In this document: one piece after another, positions 27,989 to 43,700 of the stretch
Numbering within the stretch: position 1 is the first letter of the stretch
How the letters are laid out: every line of letters starts with the position of its first letter
Assembly: GCA_051362555.1 (NCBI GenBank)
Contig: CM120646.1
Coordinates: 20,026,001-20,090,000, forward strand
DNA: 64,000 bases
From: Lingula anatina
Taxonomy: Eukaryota; Animalia; Brachiopoda
Direction: 5' to 3'
The notes under the pieces: model-generated
Told to the model about the DNA's origin: nothing
Databases searched by the model: none
The model's input: only the letters and a program-made list of their open reading frames with translations
Position numbers and translations under genes: made by a program

Positions 27989-30900
27989 ATTCATTTTGTA
28001 CTAAATTATATGGATTCATCTGTTAATCTGCATCAATATCCTTGGGGACAATTTTCTATCTTGTTTAGGCTTTTGAGAGTAGCATTAAAACATTTAGCAA
28101 TTTGAGTATATATTTTTTTTCTTTTGCAATAGAGACAGTGAAAAGACCATTAGAACAATTCATCTGCTGCTTTAAATCCACCCCATTTACTGAAGCACAA
28201 TACATTTGGTTTAGCAATCAAGCACACATTGATGTTAGAGTTCATCTCAAGTATCAACCAAACAAAACCTGACTCCTAACAAGACAAGCAAGCCCAAATA
28301 ATGACTGCAGGGACATGGTTTTCTAGTTTATAGGAACAATAACCTTCCAGGCATCAGACAGGACAATTTAACACCACTGGCAAACCAGACCTGAGATTTC
28401 ATTTGGGAATCAAGGAAGCAGACATATTTCAGCAAGCCTGGGGATGTCATCTTCACAGGAATTTATTTTGTGGGAAACATTGGGTAGTTCAATCAGCAAA
28501 GTTATGAGATCACCTCTCCCTTCAAATTGACAGAAAGATAAATCTGTTCATCCCCAGTTAAAACAGAGCTCATGGCTACTGCTGGGTTTTTATAAGAAAA
28601 AAATTCACAAAAACGCATCCAGAACAGTCGCCCTAATCTTAAAGGCATTTTATGTGATTTTGAAAAGTCAAATTCATCCATTTTTTAAAAGTTGCCTTAA
28701 ACGACAATCCATATAGACCAACATCTTAAGAGTGTGTATTTTTGTTACTACAATACATGGTCACTAAGGGCTTGGTAATTTTCACTGACAGATTCCTTGT
28801 AGTTTTAATCAGATCTTCAGTTTGCATATTTTTGATGCCTGGCAAGCCAGGTATAGAACTACTGGTGGAGCACAGCCATCATGGTGGTTCTACAGGAAAC
28901 GATCTTGCATTTCCTATTGCAAAGGAGTCACAGAAATGTGACATTGCGTGTGGGTGTCTGAAGTCAGACAGGAGAAAATTATGCTATTGAAATCTGTCAC
29001 TGCATGCATACAAATACACACAACTGAAAAAGGTGGAGAGAAAAAATTACACAAACTGGGAAAATATTGTACAGGATTTGGTGTTAGATGTACTTACAGT
29101 TTGGCTTATGTTATTCATTATTTGTCATGTGGTCGTGTTGTTAAAAATAAAATGTTTTAAACGTTGTGTATCTGTTAACCTTGTTACAATTAATAACAAC
29201 TACCTTCATAATTCTTTTACTAGTAATTCATTATTTTTTGAATTCATAAAAGTCGTATATCTACCGTTCATCATGTTTTACAATAACATACGCTTTCATT
29301 ATTCTTTAATTTATAATATTTTTCATTAGGTATAAAACTATTTTTTATCTAAAGGATGCCATCATGAAGAAAGCAAAACCTGTTCATTACAGTCCTATGG
29401 AAAGCTTGCACTCTCTAGACAAAAGAATGAAACCAGACACATATGCAAAAAAAATGGGCTTTAATCCCAGAAAATGACAACATATAGTATTGTACCCACA
29501 TCATGAAAATTAAAAACTACCAGCAGTTTTAGAGCAACTAGGACTTAAACTTGTAATTAATTAGTTGAATCCTTGACAAAAGTTATTAATCAAAATTGTT
29601 GACCTTAAGTAGCACAAACTTTAACACAAGTTCATTACTGGTAAACATGGCTCTGGACTCTTCATGTACTACTGCACAGTTGCCATGTTCTTGTTTACAC
29701 AAATAAAAGTAATATTTTCAAAGTCAGGACGGGTGGTTACCTGTGCATGGCTATCTAAAAATGTCCACCTTCAAGTAATACGGCTCATTGCAGGGGCAGA
29801 TTTAGGCCGTCTTCTGGGTCTTTCGGAAGATGGTAAGATTTTCAAGTGGAGGGTCTATTAAAAATGCATTAAAAATGACCAAAAACATGAAAATGATGAA
29901 AATGATGGAAATCTAACATGCAGGTTGAAGTGTGTGTGTGTGTGTTACTGAAATGTTTAATTCCACTTAAATAATGTACAGTTAAATAATAAAACTATAT
30001 TTACTATTTAACAAGGTAACCATAATACTGAAACATTTCAATAAATAAGACAAACTTCCCAACATTGTGGACCCAAACTAAGGGTATTATTCTGAAGACC
30101 TTCCTGTTCAAGAACCTGTTCATTATTGTTGCACACAATGCCAAGAAATCTGTGGCAGCCCTAATGACCTCTTTGAAAGCTGGAGAACACGATGCACTTG
30201 TGGGGGAGGGAGGATATATACTATATGTTTTGACAAGTATTTGGACTCAATTCTCCACTTATATTTTCATTTATTTATTTATTTATTTTTATTTTTTGGA
30301 AGAAGCTAGGTATAAGCATCCACCAAAAATAACCAGACATTTACTCTTCTTTACCAGACATTACTGAAACTGCCAGAAAATACATGACATTTAATAATTA
30401 GGTGTTGCAGTTTTTTCTCAAGTTACACCATCCATGACAGTTTTTTTGGAAAACACTTGGAACCTATATTTCTATGCCAAGAATCAGTCATGGATATAAT
30501 TGGTTATTTCTCACACATTTCAATCAACTCATCTTTTTCCCATACAATTTAGTCTCCCCCAAAAAACTTTCTGACTTTAACCCAATTTCCTACATTTAAA
30601 TACTGAATCACATATTACATCAATAGACCTGTAAACAAAACACTGACTTGGGACCTATCACCAACTGTTTCGAAGAAATCTCACAAACCAAGAATTCAAT
30701 TTAGCTTTCCTAGCAACCCAAGCTCCATTACAACATTCCGCGCACGGGACACCTTGTGTAGATGCTTTCCTAGCACTGTAAGGAACTGCCGAAAGCCTTT
30801 CCCAGCACTCCAGGAACTCCGTGGCAGATAGCTTAGCCATCTCAACCACTTCCAGTAATGTGTACCTGCTACCACTAGGTAATAGCGTGCCCAGCAGGAC

Positions 30901-33900
30901 AGCCAACCAAAACCTCTACCTGGATTTCACCGTTTCCCCCTCCACCCTCTTAGGTCAGTGCACTGAATTTATGTACCCTGCCTTTCACAGAGTACAGAGC
31001 ATAATAAATTTCTTGAACTATGTCTGGATTTAACCTACCAAACCTGAAATCATCAGGGTATAATAAACTGAATAATATTTTGACTTTGAGGAATTCCAAA
31101 ATATTTTCTTCCCTCCACCATCTTTCTCCCTTCTCAAACCTTTTTCACCTCAGAAAATAAGCATCTGCATATCACAACCATCTGGAAGCTCATTGGTAGG
31201 ATCAAAACTTTAGATCACCGTCCAGCAATTTTAGATTTTTGTGCAGTATGCTCAGCTTTATTCTTAACAATGAAAGCAAACGCTGTTGAATATCATCTTG
31301 GAATTTGACATTTTTCTTGTGCTTTATATTACTGTTCTTGTTTTACAGTAATTGTTTCTAAAATTTCAAACCCTTCCTATATCTCAATACCTATCCTTTT
31401 TTCAAAATGCATCAACTTCATTTTTCTACAAGAATGTACTTTATAACACATATCCAACTACATGTACCTTTTCAGATAATTCAAATTATGTTTTTTTTTC
31501 TGACAAAACAAAATATTGGGTCAAACTTTGTTAGGATTTACCAAGTAGTTACCGTACTCAAGTTGCTGAGGTCAGTTCTGGCTGAATTTGTGCCTCATTT
31601 TCACCTGGAGATAACTCTCCTGAGAATGCTAGATTTAATCTGAGTCAGGAAAATTGTATTCAGAAGTTGGAGGCAAGTAAATACTTCACCCCAAATCATG
31701 CTCATTTTGTCACCAGCAGGTCATTCATCCAATTTACCTCCACTCTAAGAGATTCATAGGTATCCATTGAGATCTTTACTGTGCAAATGCAAGTGTTCAA
31801 ATAAAATATCACAGATGTTGATCAAATCTATTTTACCGGTGTGAAATTGGTATCCACTACAATTTTTTGCAAGTCACTGAACTTTCCTCTATACTGTTAT
31901 TTCCCAGTTCAAATTCCAAGTACTAGTATTCTTTTATCCATTCATTTATAAATTAAGTCCTTTCTTTATTTTATCATCTACCTATCTAATCAGCAATTTG
32001 TTTCTTTAAGTCAATTTGGTTATTACAGAAATACAGTAAGCATAGATCTGTTTTTTCATTCATGCATTGCACAGTAATCCTTACTTAGGTTATGCGACAG
32101 CTTAGTCTCAGGAATTGTTTTGATAACTTCATAACCAGATCATCAGCTTAAGTGCAATGAAACCAACGAACCCAGGTTAAAACAACCTTGACTGTGCTAC
32201 CGCCTGTAGGAATAACATGCAGGAATCACTTGTATTTATTCCTGGTTTTTTAGCACATATCTCGAAGTGCATCGGAACCATGATCACTCTACAAGAAGCA
32301 ATTTCACAGCGCTGAGAAAACAAGAATAAGTATCTGGTTTTGTTGTTTTTAAATCCACATCTCTGAGTCACTGATCAGGATATACAACTGTGATGTAGCC
32401 AAAAAAAAAAATTAACATGTCAGGAAGCAATCTTTTCTACAAAAGTAATCTTTTAATGCATGGAAATATATACTACATATGACTGTTAACATGGTCATGG
32501 ACCGTCTACTGAGTTTTGACAAGTAGTATGTTTTGATAATGGATAATGTTTTGTTTTTCTGTATTGAAATATTTATTATCAAAAATACATGCATTATCTT
32601 ACATATCACTGCATGAACAATGTATATTCAAGCCATCTTGTTTATATAAGAACAAAGTGTGCATGCTTTAAACAGGATTTTTTTAGCTGGGAAAAATTGA
32701 ATTTCACACTGAAGAAAGAGGTCAGCAATTTGTCAACAGCAATGTTTTACAACATATCAGATTTGCTCTTTCTTCGATTTTTTTCAAAATCCCCATTCAC
32801 TTACAAAAACTTTTTGTAAGATTGCTGCACTTAACATCAATCCAGGATTTATATAGAAGTGGCAGCGAGTCATTTCATCATGAGGAATTCCAGAGAGACG
32901 CATCAAATACTCACTAAAGAGGCAATTTTAAAACCAGCTTTAAAAATTGCAATTTCTTCCTACATTTCACTCATCTTTGACCAAGCTTTGGATCACCCAC
33001 TTGACTGCAGGTAGCTCAGATAATTCCACACGGCCACCAAGAATAACATAATTATCAAACAAAGCAAAAACTAAGGGGTTTTTGTCTTACTTTCAAAGGG
33101 GAACTAAAGTGGAAACCGGTTTACTTTGTGTCTGGTCTGAACACTTCCTGTCGCGGTTGCTGAACTTGTACTACGGTGGCATGTTTGGGTTCTAAGATAT
33201 ACTACCTAGTGCCGCAGGACAGATGCCCACCATTAAATAAAACTTGTTCCAGTTAAAAACATCCTCTTTAAATGATAAATCAAGAAGCTGTGTTTACCTT
33301 CAGGAAAGACTGCCATTCCATCTTATGCTAAGTAGGAAACTACTGTAAAAAATATGAACAAAAATGAAAACTTAACAATGGAAACCTATTTGGAATAATG
33401 TGTGTGTGTGACTGTGTGTTTTATTTATATTACATTTTTTTGTACTTGCGTCATTCTCTGTAACATCCACTGTGGAACCATTAATAGTATGTCTAGCAAA
33501 GTTTCTTTATGTATTAATCAAAAAATATACTAGACTATACTGCATCCAACATAATGAGCTGAAGTCCCCATCACTTTTATTTTGGTAATATTTTTCTAAC
33601 AAAAGTTTTTGTCAGTGCAGTCAAACAGTCAAGAAGGAAGGGTATCCACAGGGGATGTTTTTAGAATCACTTCAAAACCAAATATGGATCTTATTATATT
33701 ATAATATAAATGCTGTAAGACGTTATACTAGCAGAAAATTATCTTTTATTCTTTCAAACAAAGATGTTTCCAGAGACACAGGATTCTAGCTGATTCCCCA
33801 GACAAGTACAAGGATGAAGTGAACATAGTTAAAATAATTATATATAAGTTTAAATAGTTATATATAAGGGGATATTATAGGCCATTAGTGACCAAGGGGC

Positions 33901-36900
33901 AGTGAAGCAATGACCCCAACATCCCTCCCTAAAGATAAAATCAGGCTTTCAGTAATCAAATTATCATGTCACATTTTCCTGATGCATTAGAGTTCATTTC
34001 TTAATTTGGCCAAATCTAGGGAAATTATCAAATCAAAGGCACAGACCAGTAATAACCCAATGGTAAGCTTCAGACAGACCTTCTTACTTTGGAATTTTTT
34101 TTACTAAATTTGCAGATATTTTTCCACTGGGGGGTAGGCAGACGGTCAGTCCACACCTAGTACCCATGTCCAGCAGAATTCTTCTCTATGTCCACTCCAG
34201 CACACACCACTGACCAAGGGCAGCAGAAAAATCTCTGGCCACTCCAAATGACTGACCACAGACCAAATTATGATGTGATCTGTCAGAGAGATGTTCACAC
34301 CTGATGTGTTATACACTCCATAAATTAATGTCACATCTTACATCCTATGCCTAATTGTAGCCTATCACACAACATGGCTAGAAATATGCTCACATGGACA
34401 AGGCTTGAGAAATGTCAGACATATGGGAAGAGAGAGAAAGAAAGACAGAGAAAGGAGAGAGAGAAACTGTCATAATAGCTACATAAAAATTATCTTCTTT
34501 ATCATCCATTCATCATCTTTATTTTTCAAGTTTGTGAACTAATATCCTCTTTGTCCTTCTAACCTTAGTGAAAAAAAAAAATTCAAAATAATAAGTCCAA
34601 ATGGACTAACCCTCAATGCTTCCTACAGAGAAAACACTTCACTTAAAATTCACGCTCCCAGTGACACACATTATCTGGTAATGGCAAACAACCATATATC
34701 CTGATGTTTACAACTAGTCTCCCATTAATCCCCGCTACCAAAGGTGATAGATACCCTCCGCCATTTTATCTTACGAGATCATCTCGCGTAATGACAGTCC
34801 TGGTGCCTGGCAGCCATGTTATCGCCTTAGGGCCATCACACCTACAGACCACGCTATCTGGACTATCAGCTAGCTTTCAATTCATTCGGGGTCATTATCG
34901 CACTGGAAATCTCCATGATAGGGATGGAGTCAGAAAATCAGTCTGAGACACGAAAGTTGGTCTTGGAGATGGCAGCCATGCAGATGGGAAGTCGTGGAGA
35001 AGACAAGATGACATTTATCCTGCTAGCAACCACAGCTACTGAAAAACTTGGGAGATTTACAGACTGATCCAGAGTTTGTCCCCCCACACCCCACCTTTTA
35101 CCCCTCAAAAGGGAAGCAATGGCATACAAAGAAACAAAGAAACTTCTCTTACGCACTCAATACAGTTAAATGTCCAACATAACCATATTCTGTTTCAACA
35201 TAAGCATGTTCTCTTTCAAATTCACAGGGGGGTCATGACTTATCTGCATGGTATACTAAACAACAAAGAATGGGAATTTACCACTAACTTCAATCCCATC
35301 CCTATTTCCCATATTTTACGAATTCAAGATCTGTTCTTTTCAATTAATCAGAAAAAAGTCCTATCTGACGTAAAACAGACTTTGCTGTTCATTTCTTTTT
35401 AATAATCTTCAACAGGTGTTTAAAAACAATGTGTAAAAAGATACAAAATCATTATACTGTACTTATATTACGATAACAGTCCAGTGTGACATATTATAGA
35501 TGTAGTGAGAGCCTGGTTACCCTAATCCACTTAAAAAGACAGAAAAAGAAAACTATAGTTTCCCAAAGCATCCTTGAAAGAGACTTGGCAAAAACAAAAT
35601 AAAATGGGACCAAATGTTGCTTCCGAAAAGAAAATGAGACTGGAAAACATATGTGCCTGATAAAATCTTGACATGAGAAAAGAAGTACTAAGACAGGTTG
35701 CTATAATGTAAGTTAATTAAATTTAAATACTTTTATATTTAAACAATTAAAGAACCACAAACGCAGAAAATTATATATTAAGCACTCTTGAAACAAGGCA
35801 ATACATACATGGAGGAAAGCAGTTATATCTGTTATCATCTTACCACTGCTGTCTCCGCAGATATTTTATTTGACATACAGTTAGCTCAGATATAGATTCC
35901 CAATGTATTATGATATATTTGCTCCAACTAGATGACCAATTATCTTCATAAGCTTGGCTCCAAAATAATCATTTTATACCCACTGTGTGATAATGAGATA
36001 AATAGCATGGATGACACATCTTATTGATTTCTCTATCTGTATCTTTAATGATTTTCTCTGTCTGTATTTTTTTTCTTTTTTTTTCCAATGTTCCAATGTA
36101 CAATAAAGCAAGACATGATGCTGACTGTTAATCCCAGCACTGCAATCAAATTGATTATTTTTTATACAGAGGTTAGTCAAGAATAAATCATCAAAAAAGA
36201 CATAATTCAACACACCATTTTGTTGAACATCACAAGTGTTAAAATGAAAATATGGGCTTTCATTGTAATTACTGCAAATTCTTGTAATTAAGTCACACTT
36301 AAAATGATTATTATCAATTGATTTTCAATAGATTTTCCATGTTTGTAACATATTGTTAAACAGATTAATTTGAAATTGGCAGAACTGTATAGAACTTTTT
36401 AAAAGTTTTCAACAAACAGACTAATTTGTATTAAAATCAGACTTTTAATGATGAAAACTGTACAACTTAAACACATTTTTACTTAATTTTGATGTTATGG
36501 TTTCAAAAGGAGTGTGACAGTCTACCATTATCTAAATGATATAATAAAAGGTCGTCAATCTGACTTTGTGATGCCTCCTATTAGACCTAATACATAATAC
36601 ATGCCAATACAATGCACTGTATATTGTGGTGCTTTCCAATATACAATACACAGATCAATATTCAAAGTACAGGGTTTGTTTAGATAGTAAGATCACATTC
36701 AGTGGCAATCTGGTCAAAGCCATGTTCATCAGTAAACTTTTATCAAATCATAGGACAATATACAAACCACAATGGTCCACCAAATAAAGGCAGGTGATGT
36801 TAGCTTTAAGATAAATAGCTTACACTTGGAGCAGCTTTAGACAAGGAATGCACTTAAATATTCTTCCTCCTCCTATTTTGTTTACCTCATTTCTGGCAGC

Positions 36901-39900
36901 ACAAGCAATATTGGTTGGTAATCTGAAAACTTATCAAGACCATATTAATTAAAAAAATAGATTCAAACAAAAAACACCATTTAGTTGATTTATCATCATT
37001 CTAAACAACAACAGACCCAGATAATAAGTCACTGATGTCTGTTAAGATTCATCCGAATAAAATCAATTCCAAAGATATGCATATCCATCAATTTACATTA
37101 GGTCGAATTGCCATTTCTGTTGAAAAAATCTTAGCATGATGCAATGCACTACACTCAATTTTAACATAAAATCAAGAATCATTTTTTTAAATCTGCATTT
37201 ATGTAGTAATTTTTATCTTAAGTCTGTCTTGCCATCGTATTTTTGGTTTTAGCCAAAATGAACAATTTTTCAACAACTGAAGGAATCCGGAGACAGTGGC
37301 AGAAATTAAGAAATATCAGTTTCTATTTTCTGTTGCCTGAGTAAATTGTTATTAGCTTACTAGTAAATAACTGTGTGTTACATTAAAATGTGTTCTGGCC
37401 CCTATTCCAGTGTACACAAAGTAATGTGAATGTAAAAATAGTCACTTTTTTTATCCCAGCCTCCCACCAAGGCCATAAAACGGTGTTAATAAAACCCCAA
37501 ATACACGCATTACCAACGTTAAAACAAAACAAGCAGTGGGTGGTCTGCGCCAATAAAAAATCTTTTTTTCATAACAGAACTTGAAAAAGCATAGGCAAGT
37601 ACCAACATCCCGTCCAATAAATTTTACATTCACTTGAACAAAATTGGCACTGTACAAATGCACTTAAAGCTAACAAAGGCCTACTGAGACCTTTTGATGA
37701 TCATTTATTCACATATTAGGCATTAAAATTCAGACCAAAAGTTGCTATACTTAGGGCTCCCGTCGCACAGGGACTTCACGTGTTAAGGGATAAATGTTGG
37801 AAAAGAGTGGGGTAAGGGGTGGAGGCGAGGACTTGACAACGGTTTCAGACTTTTTAATAGCAGTACATAAAGGGTGTGTGCATACCGCTAAGTGAGAGCA
37901 AGTCAGAAGGCAAGCGTTTTGGTAATTATTTTACTCGTGACAGTTGCTAGACAGACACGAACAGACAGACAGTGGTGAATACATGAATGGAAGAGTGGGG
38001 AGAGGTTGCATGGTTCTGGGTATGTGGAACTGAAAAAAATGCACTTCTAGTAATAGAAAAGGGGGTTGGGGTTGACAACATCAGCGTAAACAGTGTATGA
38101 CTGCCCAGCATTTCATTTAGAGATGGTTTGTATTTGTGTATGTTTCTGTGTGCATGTACATCTTTGTACGTGTGCATGTAAAGTGTGTATCAACACGTGT
38201 GTGTGTGTGTGTGTGTGTTTTGTATGCGTGTAGTGTAAAAGAGCTTGGTTGTCTTCCAGATAATTAAAACTATTCCTGCACACACAGCAGTCACGGCAAG
38301 ATGGACAATATATATCCGACACTAAGTCACATCTCTTAACATCTCTAACTTAATACAGAAAATAGAAATAATGGAAGTAAATCATATTACAATTAGGCAA
38401 CCTTTCTGACCCAAATCCCTGTACAAATGCACATGACCTGTTTATACTCGCGTTATGGTTCAACCATTATCTAGTTTGGATTGTATCACACAAAGTTGAC
38501 ATAAGAAAGCATGGGAAACTACAGTCAATCACAACACCTCTTGCAGAGAATATGCATCATTGACTTAATGCTAGCATACTTCGTTAAAATCAATGTGTAC
38601 CAAAAGCGTATTGCCCAGATCCATTTGACTAGTGTAAACAGGGGCAGTGATATCAAGCCACCAAGATGAAGTGAGCCAGTCATCCATCAGCACACTTTAT
38701 GGAAATACATGCAGGTTTTTTCCAAGAATTGCCTTAGTCCCTTTATCATATCCAGGGATATTTGCCAATGGTACATGACATCTACACGGTATCTCTTCTA
38801 TGAAATATGAGATGACAATTGTTTTCACATTTCACAATGTCAATTCTACCCACAGCAAGTAAGCTAGCTTTTCAAAGGATAAAGAGAAGACTTTTTTGCA
38901 ACAAAGCTATACCTCATTAATGCCGATGTTTGGTGTTGCCACTTCTTCGCATCACATTGAGAATTTCCTGCTTGTGTAGTGGCAAATTATGGTTTTCATT
39001 TCCTCCAGACTTGCGATGGCTTCCTGAAGTGATAGCGGCAGTCGAGAAACTGGGCACCAATTATGCCACACATATTGTTCTTTGTGAACACCATATCCAG
39101 CCTGCTGTCAACATCAACATTTGAGAGAGAAAAATACCAAAAGGAAACCTAAGCAATACCTTAACTTAAATATATGATATTTCAACAGATGGTTGTTTTT
39201 GTGACCTGTTCTCTTCAAAGAACTGCATTGCCTCATGCAACAGCAATAAGGTTTCTAACAAAGCAACCACCACAACAGTCCTCAAATTTTGATGGCTGCC
39301 TTATTGTTTGTTCTATCATAAACAACAGGAATACAGCTGAAAAGTATATTTAACTGTTAGCCAACAATGAGCAGAAATAATGTATATTTTATATACATCA
39401 AGCTTGCAACATGACACAGAGTGACATTTTCAACCTTGATGGTTCAAACTCTTGCAGTAACAACACTCCACTTCAAGGGAAAGATCCAGTGTCTGATAAC
39501 AAATTGTGTTAGCTTGTTTAAAATATCTAAAGAGTTCAACTTCAAGTTAACATTTACGCATCTAAAGTTATTTTCACTTTCATTTTTTTCCTTGGCTTAT
39601 TGTCTTTGAGACAATTTCCTTTTGACGGTGGAATTCCTGTGTGGATAAAAAACTTAAATGCCAAAAGAGATCTCAACCTCAACTAAAAGAAAACTACTGA
39701 GAAACTACCCAAGAGCTGTCTTGGTACAAAGTGTCCCCTGGTGTCATTGACAGTCCCAATAAAAACTGACCAATCAAATTCTTTTAAACACCTTTTCATC
39801 TAATAAAAAATTGAATATTTTAAACCAACGCCTGCAGTAAAAGAAAGGTATCATTTTACAAAATGTAATCTAAACTTATTTGAAATCATGACTCAACAAG

Positions 39901-40584
39901 TTGTGGTTTGCCATGGATGGTTCCAATGAGTGTGGTTCTCCTCTGCACAATTGCCGGATGCTATCTGCCTTCCTTTCCATGTATCGAATTTCGTTCTATT
40001 ACATGAGAAATAATGTCTCACTTTTGAGTACATGCGAATACTTAAACACACATCACATTCCTAATTTCCTTTTGTTTCACCCCTTTTCATCAAAAATTTG
40101 TTAATTTCCTTTTGTTTGAGCATAATCCATCAAAACCATATTTGTCTAAACTCAGACTTATTCACCTTCCAAATACCAATATTTCAATCTTTTCATATCA
40201 GAACAGCCAATGCTACAAATTTTTTTCAAATCCACTCACATTTTAAATATTGAGTCTATTTGTTTTCAGGGTTCACATGCACATAAACAGTGCTCACAAT
40301 AATATCTAGGGAATATCAAAGCTACCAGCATGGCACACCCATTCCACTGCATTTCAATTGCCCCCATCCAAAATTTTGGTTTGATAATGGTAAATGTAGA
40401 ATAATGTCTGCTCAAATGCTCAATTCTCTCCTCTTTATTTCCATGTGCTCAGGTGCCACATATCTAATCATGTTGGCTTTATTTAATACTTAACTGATAT
40501 ATAAGCAAACCTGTAAATTATAATTTCTAATCGCTAGAGGTCAATCTAGTCAATATACTGCCCACTGCAACTGATATAATCATA

Positions 40585-40768
40585 GGGTGCATTCAGAACA
40601 GTGAACTAACAGATCGGCGGATCAAATATGGTCGAGCCAATAAAATGCTTGTTGCGTAATACCCGCGGGGAATCTATTTAGGATCTAATCTGGATTAAGC
40701 GACAAGCTTTTTAGTGGGTCGCCATATTTGATCCACGGGTCTGTTAATGCGCTGTTCTGAATGTGCTC
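40585..40768. mobile_element. Fold-back MITE (Tourist/Harbinger-like), ~184 bp
   Basis: It has ~70-bp imperfect terminal inverted repeats (GGGTGCATTCAGAACAG...GGATCAAATATGG versus the reverse complement of the right end). A possible 3-bp TSD is ATA. Confidence 0.75.
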
Positions 40769-43700
40769 ATACTTCTAACCATCCCCATTCCTGAGCATAG
40801 CACAGGTCAGTTAATAAAAACAGCTATGGGCAGCACACAAATTAGAGTGGCTGACCATGATTAGAAACCCTCAAATCATACAATCTGCTGAGATAATTCA
40901 CACTGAGCCAGGCTGTCACAACTAGTCTGTGTATGCACCTCTAAACATGTCCATAGAACCACATGTTGGAGAGCATCATTTTCTTCCAAGAGCTGCATGA
41001 TCTCCAGAATACCCCATGATTTCCATGCTACCCCACTGTGCCAGCCATGTTATTCAATGATATTTGCTCTCATATCTTTTTTTTAATTTTTGTTACACAT
41101 CCCATCAAATAAATAACTCCCAGATGTAAGAATAGGGCTGTGGAGATCATTCAGATCATCCTGCCTCAAAACATCTTCTCTGACTGCATCATCCAAAATA
41201 AACTCAACATAGACTGATGGTTGCCATGGTTAAGACCACTGATTGCTGGCCTTTAAAAGGACAATTGAGGTTTTGGGCAGGAGGTTAATAATGAAAAAGA
41301 CATTAACTGAGTTTCTATTTCTGCTAGGGAAAATTTTTGAAAATCTGAACTGACAATATATCTATATTCTAAAAATCTGCCATCAAGACGGCACTGAAGA
41401 GACAATGGCATCACTTATACCATAAGAAATGATTTTAAATGTAAGTGATATCTAAAGACTTGCAGCCAACATGATTTTCCAATCTAAACACAAAGCAGAA
41501 TTTGCCTTCAAATGTCATCATTTCTTTCCCAGCATTCTGAGGAACCATGCTTTATTTAACTAAACCAAGATGAACTTCATTACCCAATGACACATCATTA
41601 TTTAAAGCAAGTGTTATTGTAATCGACGGTTACTATGGACAAGAAGATATTACAGGCATTCGGCCAATTTCCACCAAATGAAGTGAGCCGAGCTGGGCCA
41701 TGAGAGCTCTTCTTTCAGTCTATGAAAACTGAGACAGTAGTCTCCCTCTTACCCTTACAGATCAATAAATGCGAAATAAATCACATTCTGATTCCTGCGA
41801 TTACTAAACAGAGAAATGCTGGCAGCTATGTGGGTCGATTTTGTCACTCTAGGATATATTCTGCTGTATTATCCAACACTCTCTCTACAAGTTTAACTTA
41901 ACCTTAAAAATTGTTCCCATCAGATATAATTTAAACCTAAAACTCCATTTCACCAGACTAATAAATAATTTGAGTCGTACAGCTAATTAGAGTCGAGTAA
42001 GTTACTTGACCATGTGAACAGAACTATATGATCTACGGAAGGGGGTTTGAACATATTTAATTTTGGAAGTAAGACCTAAACTAGATCTATGTTAAGCCTG
42101 ACAACATGACAAATTAAAAATCAATACCATTTGGATGCAGGAGGTATCAAAGACAAAGAAAGTAAATTAACCCTTTGGAATATGTGCTTACAGGGTTAAA
42201 ATGTTATGAAGACTTTTGAGAATATTAATGACAATAGCCCTTGGAGATGGCCAAGCAAAATATTGAATAAATTGCTAAAACTTTCTAAATAGTCTGACAA
42301 GATAAGTAACACTGAGAAATCCACTTTTTAAATATTTCAAGGCTAAATTCATTAGTCAATTATCATGGATAACACTGCAGACTGGTAGCCAAGCAGAAAT
42401 GTACCAATGTTAGCAAATGGTGAATATAACTTTTTATTATGATGTTTCTCTCAGCTTTGGTTCTTGTTCACATATTAGGACATATATCATTGATAATTGT
42501 CTGCAGCATAATTACTGATATTTATTATCACAATCCCTCTGGTAGACCAAAATATCTATATGTTTTTTTTTATTTTTTTCCCTTTCATTTTACTATACTT
42601 GTTTAATTTGATAAAAGATGCCTGGAGAAAAAAAAACTCTAGAATAACCCAGACACCATTTCATCTAAGTATCAAGTAATTTTAACACAAGACACTGCAA
42701 ATTCACATCAATGGATTTGACAAAAACAGAAACTGGCTGCAATTTTGATGTATTTCACTCACATTATCAGTTACTTTATTCTGAATGCCTTTTATTAGGG
42801 ATGATTTATCATGTCTTTCGGTGCAAAATAAAAAGTGACAAAGCAATCAACACAGACAATGGTGACAAATGATGACATGTTTCCCCTCCACAATATGCAG
42901 AAGATAGGAAATGACAAAACCAATAAATCCAGCTAGAAATCTCCCTCTTAATGCAGAAATGCAATAAAAAAAAAGTTTGTTATCAAGTTAAACAAGGCAG
43001 CAAAGCTGTCAAATGTACAGACAAAAAGCAGGAAAAAACAAAATAGGGTACCGTCAATTCTGACGCAAAAGTATATTATGTTAAACTGCAAATTCAACAT
43101 CAAATTTTAATTATGCTCAACAGGTAATTCCAATGTAAGTAAAATGTGTAACAAGCATAAGGCTTCAGCCCCATAGGAGTTCAAATTCACACTCTGAAAA
43201 TGTATAACTTCCAGAAAAAGAAGTCAATTAGACTGCTTTTCCAACTCAGGCTGCATTTTAGTCCTGTATTTCTTTTTTGAAAGTTTGGCAATCATAAGTA
43301 ACATGGTTATCCCATAATGGTTTTCATGGCAGCAGCACCCAAAATTGTGTGTTCTTCTATTCTGATGCAATATTACATAATGGTTAACAGCATAATGACA
43401 ATCAATTTTTAATAATAAAATAAAGGTATCATGGATTTTCAGAAAATGTGACTAGCAAAGGTCTTCATGCCCATGGAACTTCAAAGTGACACCTTGAATA
43501 TGCCAAAATAAAAACTAGACAGCACTGTTCTGAAATGGGTTTATTTCCATTTTTAACACTTTTTAATATAAAATGAAATAAACAGTTTACTGCCATTTTT
43601 ATATGATCAACTAAGAAAATTGATGACATGGGACAAATATCATTAGAACTGTGGCAAATGTCCAATTTCCTCCATTCTGACATTCTGAACATAGTAAATG

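Noticed and set aside
29791-29806. CAGGGGCAGATTTAGG here and CCTGGATCAGCCCCTG at 56910-56925 as ends of one large hAT element
   Set aside because: They are 27 kb apart with no matching TSD, and are more likely separate decayed MITE ends.
30658-30906. GC-richer 82-aa minus-strand ORF as an exon or retroelement fragment
   Set aside because: It has no recognisable motif and no flanking splice pair.
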